Positions 60,035 through 64,000 of a DNA stretch of 64,000 nucleotides are shown one piece after another. The number at the start of each line of letters is the position of its first letter. The stretch's first letter is position 1. The position numbers and the translations under genes are program-made. This stretch comes from Bacteroidales bacterium (GTDB lineage: Bacteria > Bacteroidota > Bacteroidia > Bacteroidales > P3), in NCBI GenBank assembly GCA_016283745.1, contig JAEENM010000147.1:23079-87078 (forward strand), in the 5' to 3' direction. The notes beneath the pieces are model-generated. The model worked only from the letters and a program-made list of their open reading frames with translations, ran no database searches and was not told the origin of the DNA.

Positions 60035-60997
60035 TTCCGTGAAGGTTCTTGCTCTCAGTGCGATATTGCGTTGCAGCACTTGGCGGTAGAGCGAAATTTC
60101 CAGCTTGTGGTAGTTGCCGTCGCGGCCTATCAGCGGAATCATATAGTCGTCGGGGGTATAGCCATTGACAATCAGTAGTTTAGAAACGGTGTCGAGGGTT
60201 GCCGTAACGGTGTCGGGCGAGATGGGGCTGACGAGGGTGGCGGGGGTGGCGTCGGTGCACCAGTTCACTGGGTTGATGGCAATGCGGTTGCCGTCGCTGA
60301 TAAGGGGTGTGGCACAGCTGTTGTCGCGTACCGAGTTGTAGCAGATGGTCACCCCGAGGTCGTTGCTGTCGAGGGCGGGGCGGAAGTGGCTGGTGCCTGC
60401 CATGTCGCTGTCGGTAACGCGCCAGCCGAACACGTATGCCGCCACCATACGGCTGTAAACGCTGTCGGGCATCTGCTTAAGGAGGTCCACCACGGCGGCG
60501 GCTCCTTGGCTGAAGCCCATAAGTATGAACGGACGGCCGTGGTTAAGTTTTTTGAGGTAGTAGTCGAATGAACGTCGCACGTCCTCCATCGGCATTTTCA
60601 TGCGCTCGTTGGCAAGTGCCTCATCCACAAACGATTCCAGCGTGCATTGACGGTAGTAGGGCGAGAAATAGTTGAGGTCGCCGCACAGCAGATTGTCCAC
60701 GCCCGTCATCTCGCTCTGCATATAGGCCCGGATGGTGTCGTTTCGGGTGTCGGCGTAGTGACACACCTGACCGTCGGCGGTGGTGTAATCACCTGTCTCG
60801 GTGGAGATTATGTAAAAGACATCGACAGCCGCGTTGCGGTCTTGGATATACCATTGCGAGTTGTCGGCGTAGTCAGGGGCATGGGGGATGGGCTCCGATT
60901 CGGCTTGCTCCTTCTTGTTGCAGCAGGCGGTAAGAAAAAGCGTCGCCGTAAGTGTCAGAAATACAGCGTAAAAGGTGGGCATGATATGACGTTTCAT
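60023..60997 (-). CDS. DUF3089-like alpha/beta hydrolase lipoprotein (324 aa)
   Basis: Lipobox LFLTACCNKK, nucleophile elbow LMGFSQGAA. Confidence 0.65.
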   Translation of the reverse strand: MKRHIMPTFYAVFLTLTATLFLTACCNKKEQAESEPIPHAPDYADNSQWYIQDRNAAVDVFYIISTETGDYTTADGQVCHYADTRNDTIRAYMQSEMTGVDNLLCGDLNYFSPYYRQCTLESFVDEALANERMKMPMEDVRRSFDYYLKKLNHGRPFILMGFSQGAAAVVDLLKQMPDSVYSRMVAAYVFGWRVTDSDMAGTSHFRPALDSNDLGVTICYNSVRDNSCATPLISDGNRIAINPVNWCTDATPATLVSPISPDTVTATLDTVSKLLIVNGYTPDDYMIPLIGRDGNYHKLEISLYRQVLQRNIALRARTFTEVEN

Positions 60998-61001
60998 CGT
61001 A

Positions 61002-61475
61002 TTACCAGCGTTTCAGGGTTATAGTGATGTTTTCTTCTGGCTTGGTCAAAGTCAGTTGGTTTTTGTCCTCCGAGAAACTGATTTCGAAAATGTCGTCGGA
61101 AATAACGATTTTTGTTCCGTCCGAGTTCAAACTCCAATTTTTGTATGGATTAGTTCCAATTCCAACCCTGCCGCTAAATTCATTGTCGTGTTTGCGATAA
61201 CGGTTATCAAGTAAGAATTCCATCATCTCGCAGCTCTTTATATAGTTAAGTGTGGATGAATGTTTTGTGTTTACGATATTTTGGTCGGCAATCTCCCATT
61301 TGCCTAAAAGAAGTTCATTGACTTTATTAGCATCAAGCTTTTGACTGCTTTTGTTGGTGGTAACGGTTTCTTTTTTGTCGCCATCGGGGTTATTGCCATT
61401 AAAACGTTTGAAGATATAATAACCGCCTGCGGCTACCATAATGACAATCAGTGCGATAAGTGCTTTCCTGCTCAT
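61002..61475 (-). CDS. Membrane-anchored hypothetical protein (157 aa)
   Basis: N-terminal anchor ALIALIVIMVAAGGYYIF. Track ORF. Confidence 0.6.
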   Translation of the reverse strand: MSRKALIALIVIMVAAGGYYIFKRFNGNNPDGDKKETVTTNKSSQKLDANKVNELLLGKWEIADQNIVNTKHSSTLNYIKSCEMMEFLLDNRYRKHDNEFSGRVGIGTNPYKNWSLNSDGTKIVISDDIFEISFSEDKNQLTLTKPEENITITLKRW

Positions 61476-62020
61476 TTCTGCCCCTCCTCGTGCATTTGTA
61501 TCAACGAAAAGATGGAGTAGTTGAGGATGTCGTTGTAGCTGCCCTCCACGCCTTCGGAGACGAGGGTGCGGCCGTCGTTGTCCTCAATTTGTTTCAGCCG
61601 TTTCAGTTTCATCAGGATGATGTCCACCATCGAGCTTACGCGCATCGAGCGCCAGGCCTCGCCGTAGTCGTGGTTTTTGTCGAGCATCAGGTTCATTGCC
61701 CCTATGGAGTGCTTGTCGTACAGCTCCATGGCGCGTTCCAACGGCAGGTCCTGCTCGCCGTCGAGTCCCAACTCGCACTGTATCAGCGCCATCACCGAGT
61801 AGTTGACCATTGCCACGAAACACGACTCAATGTCCTCGTCGATTTTGGCCACGCCGCACATCTGCACGCTGCGTATGCGGTTGGCTTTGATAAAAATCTG
61901 GTCGGTGAGCGACGGCAACCGCAAAATACGCCACGAAGTGCCGTAGTCGCGGGTTTTCATCTCAAACATTTTGCGGCATACCGCAAGTTCTTCCTCAAAT
62001 TCTTTCTTGGTGTTCGACAT
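61472..62020 (-). CDS. DUF1599 domain protein (182 aa from MSNTKKEF)
   Basis: Two internal repeats, K.RDYGTSWR...LTDQIFIKANRIRS and KNHDYGEAWR...MVDIILMKLKRLKQ, typical of DUF1599. Confidence 0.65.
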   Translation of the reverse strand: MSNTKKEFEEELAVCRKMFEMKTRDYGTSWRILRLPSLTDQIFIKANRIRSVQMCGVAKIDEDIESCFVAMVNYSVMALIQCELGLDGEQDLPLERAMELYDKHSIGAMNLMLDKNHDYGEAWRSMRVSSMVDIILMKLKRLKQIEDNDGRTLVSEGVEGSYNDILNYSIFSLIQMHEEGQK

Positions 62021-62301
62021 TTTTTTGCGAAATATTATTTTTTTTCGTATTTTTGCAACCGATTGCAAATTGTACGCATCTTGCCCGTATCAACGGCTGC
62101 GACTGTTGTCTGGCTTGGTGCAACGATTTGTCAGTCAGCTGTATATGCTTTTGCCGTAAAGGCGATAATAAACTACAAATATACACAAAATTATCGAATA
62201 AAAAGCAGGTATATAAAAAAAGTGGGACGCAGTTTCTATAAATCAGGCACTTATTTGCCTTTGAACGAGAGACCGGCGTCCGTTTGAAAAGAAAGACAGA
62301 C

Positions 62302-63120
62302 ATGCTGCTGCGAAAAAAGATATATGATGGCGAAAAGCCGCTGGTTATGGGCATTCTGAACGTAACTCCCGACTCGTTTTACGATGGCGGACGTTACCTT
62401 TCGGACGAGGCCGTCGTTAGTCGTGCCCGCACCATCGTTGCCGAGGGTGCTGACATCATCGACATAGGAGCCGTCTCCACCCGTCCCGGTGCCGCAATGC
62501 CCGACGAGGCCGCCGAGCTGCAACGCCTGCTGCCTGTGCTCAGGCTGGTGCGCTCCGAGTTCCCCGAAACGCCCGTCTCCATCGACACTTTCCGTGCCCG
62601 CGTGGCCGAACGCTGCGTGGAGGCCGGTGCCGACATCATCAACGACATCTCCGGCGGACTCTTTGACGACGCGATGCTCTCCGCCGTGGCACATCTACAG
62701 GTGCCTTACGTGCTTATGCACAACCGCACCACCCCCGACCGTATGGCGCACGACACCCACTACGACGACGTGGTGGCCGAGGTGATACGTTTCCTCTCCG
62801 AAAAACTCGACATCCTGTATCGCCTTGGCGCAAAGGACGTTGTCATCGATCCGGGCTTCGGCTTTGCCAAGACTTTGGAGCAGAACTACGAGCTGATGCA
62901 AAACCTCGACGCCTTTGCCGTTTTCGACGAGCCTCTGCTGGTGGGAATCTCACGTAAGTCGATGATTTACAAGCTGCTCGGCAACAGCCCCGACGACGCC
63001 CTCAACGGCACCACGGCTCTCAACACCTACGCCCTTCTGCACGGCGCCAAAATACTGCGTGTGCACGACGTGAAAGAGGCCGTGCAATGTGTGAAAATAG
63101 TATCTCAACTAAAAAAATAA
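62302..63120 (+). CDS. folP: Dihydropteroate synthase
   Basis: VMGILNVTPDSFYDGG, IIDIGAVSTRPGA, VSIDT, INDISGG, DPGFGFAKT and VGISRKSMI are the canonical FolP motifs. The ATG at 62302 is preferred over the TTG at 62284. Confidence 0.93.
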   Translation: MLLRKKIYDGEKPLVMGILNVTPDSFYDGGRYLSDEAVVSRARTIVAEGADIIDIGAVSTRPGAAMPDEAAELQRLLPVLRLVRSEFPETPVSIDTFRARVAERCVEAGADIINDISGGLFDDAMLSAVAHLQVPYVLMHNRTTPDRMAHDTHYDDVVAEVIRFLSEKLDILYRLGAKDVVIDPGFGFAKTLEQNYELMQNLDAFAVFDEPLLVGISRKSMIYKLLGNSPDDALNGTTALNTYALLHGAKILRVHDVKEAVQCVKIVSQLKK

Positions 63121-63126
63121 CATCCG

Positions 63127-63927
63127 ATGCAACTGCTTTTATTGAAAGGACTTCTGAACTTCTCCATCATCGACGCAATCGACATCATACTGGTTGCACT
63201 GCTGCTCTACGGCATTTTCAAGCTGGTGAAAAACACCAACGCCATACGTATTTTCTTGGGCATTTTCGTTATCTACATCCTTTGGCAGATTGTGGAGCTG
63301 CTGCAGATGCGGCTTTTGGCCGACATTCTGGGCAAATTCATCAGCATAGGCGTGCTGGCGCTGGTGGTGGTGTTCCAGCCCGAGATACGCCGTTTCCTGT
63401 TGCTGCTCGGCAGCCGTCCGTTCAAGGATACCAGCAAGATTAACCTTTTCAAGCATTTCACCACACGCAAGAAAAACATGCAGCAGCTGGAGCCGGTGAT
63501 TCAGGCCTGCCAGCGTATGGCACAGACAAAGACCGGCGCACTTATCGTTTTCGGGCGCGGCGGCGACCTCAGCGAGATTATTGACACCGGCGAGAAAGTG
63601 AACTCCGCACTCTCGTCGGCATTGCTGGAGACCATCTTTTTCAAGAACACCCCCCTGCACGACGGCGCAGTGGTGGTGGACGGCAACAAGATAGTGGCCG
63701 CACGCTGCATACTGCCAGTGTCGTCCAATCCCGACATAAACCCCAACCTCGGACTGCGCCACCGCTCGGCACTTGGACTTACCGAACTTACCGATGCCGT
63801 GGCCATTGTGGTTTCTGAGCAGACAGGCTCAATGTCCCTTGTAGAAAGCGGCAACATACAGTACAACATTTCCACCACCGAACTGCGCGAAAATCTCGGC
63901 AAACTGCTGTCCGATTTCCAAGCGTAA
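63127..63927 (+). CDS. cdaA: Diadenylate cyclase CdaA/DacA (3 N-terminal TM helices + DAC domain)
   Basis: GALIVF, TPLHDGAVVV and GLRHRSALGLTELTDAVAIVVSEQTGSMSL are DisA_N/DAC signatures. Confidence 0.9.
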   Translation: MQLLLLKGLLNFSIIDAIDIILVALLLYGIFKLVKNTNAIRIFLGIFVIYILWQIVELLQMRLLADILGKFISIGVLALVVVFQPEIRRFLLLLGSRPFKDTSKINLFKHFTTRKKNMQQLEPVIQACQRMAQTKTGALIVFGRGGDLSEIIDTGEKVNSALSSALLETIFFKNTPLHDGAVVVDGNKIVAARCILPVSSNPDINPNLGLRHRSALGLTELTDAVAIVVSEQTGSMSLVESGNIQYNISTTELRENLGKLLSDFQA

Positions 63928-64000
63928 CACGTTACAAATCCGACACGACGGATGTTAAGCAAGTTAGTACACATAAGCGGGATTGCAAATCCCTATACTA

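Noticed and set aside
56753-63974. Opposite-strand ORFs over the housekeeping genes (56753..57487, 58827..59495, 61460..62287, 62251..62694, 63139..63762, 63501..63974)
   Set aside because: Each overlaps a motif-supported gene (esterase, DoxX-like, DUF1599, folP, cdaA) and has shadow-like composition.
1-64000. Search for integrase, transposase, reverse transcriptase (DGR/retron), cas genes, rRNA or canonical tRNA genes
   Set aside because: No recognisable motifs for any of these (for example the R..H..R..Y tyrosine-recombinase tail, DDE, YxDD, or a cloverleaf tRNA) were found in the translations or sequence I could inspect. An absence judged by eye is not proof.

Overview
The window has three parts and looks like a Bacteroidota (Bacteroidales-type) chromosome. 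That placement is an inference from TAnnTTTG -7 promoter boxes, a T9SS C-terminal sorting domain and the folP-cdaA neighbourhood.

(1) About 1-41.7 kb is a temperate phage or prophage. It is mostly on the minus strand and tightly packed, with many ATGA stop/start overlaps. It contains:
- a CI-like/Cro-like switch with palindromic operators;
- a RecT-type annealase, a YqaJ exonuclease and NinB;
- a lambda-O-like initiator with an internal iteron array;
- a DNA-modification and nuclease block: a C5-methyltransferase with six tandem TRD-like modules, a second SAM methyltransferase, a radical SAM protein, and MmcB-like and VRR-NUC nucleases;
- a plus-strand block of small accessory genes next to an XRE regulator;
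- a late block ending in a 5,779-aa polyvalent ORF (ParB-like, N6A-methylase, SF2 helicase, HExxxH segment, MutS-domain-I-like module, TM tail), directly upstream of a portal-like gene that runs off the window.
A 487-bp non-coding gap inside the early operon holds two paralogous tRNA-like acceptor/T-arm minihelices.

(2) 42.8-56.8 kb is a Type I R-M locus (hsdM, hsdS, hsdR, YgjP-type peptidase) expanded by nested cargo:
- a YhcG/DUF1016 nuclease;
- an AT-rich NACHT-TOPRIM STAND NTPase;
- an AT-rich ABC-ATPase plus small PD-(D/E)xK pair, which I cannot assign to a named defence system and which is the best candidate for something undescribed.
That last cassette is bracketed by extra copies of the hsdR promoter and 5' end.

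(3) 56.8-64 kb carries housekeeping genes: an esterase, a TlpA-like redoxin, a DoxX-like membrane protein, a DUF3089 lipoprotein, DUF1599, folP and cdaA. Host-side gene ends carry unusual heptanucleotide-phased word tracts.

All calls come from reading translations and sequence by eye. No database search, RNA folding or statistics could be run. Domain boundaries inside the giant ORF are approximate.
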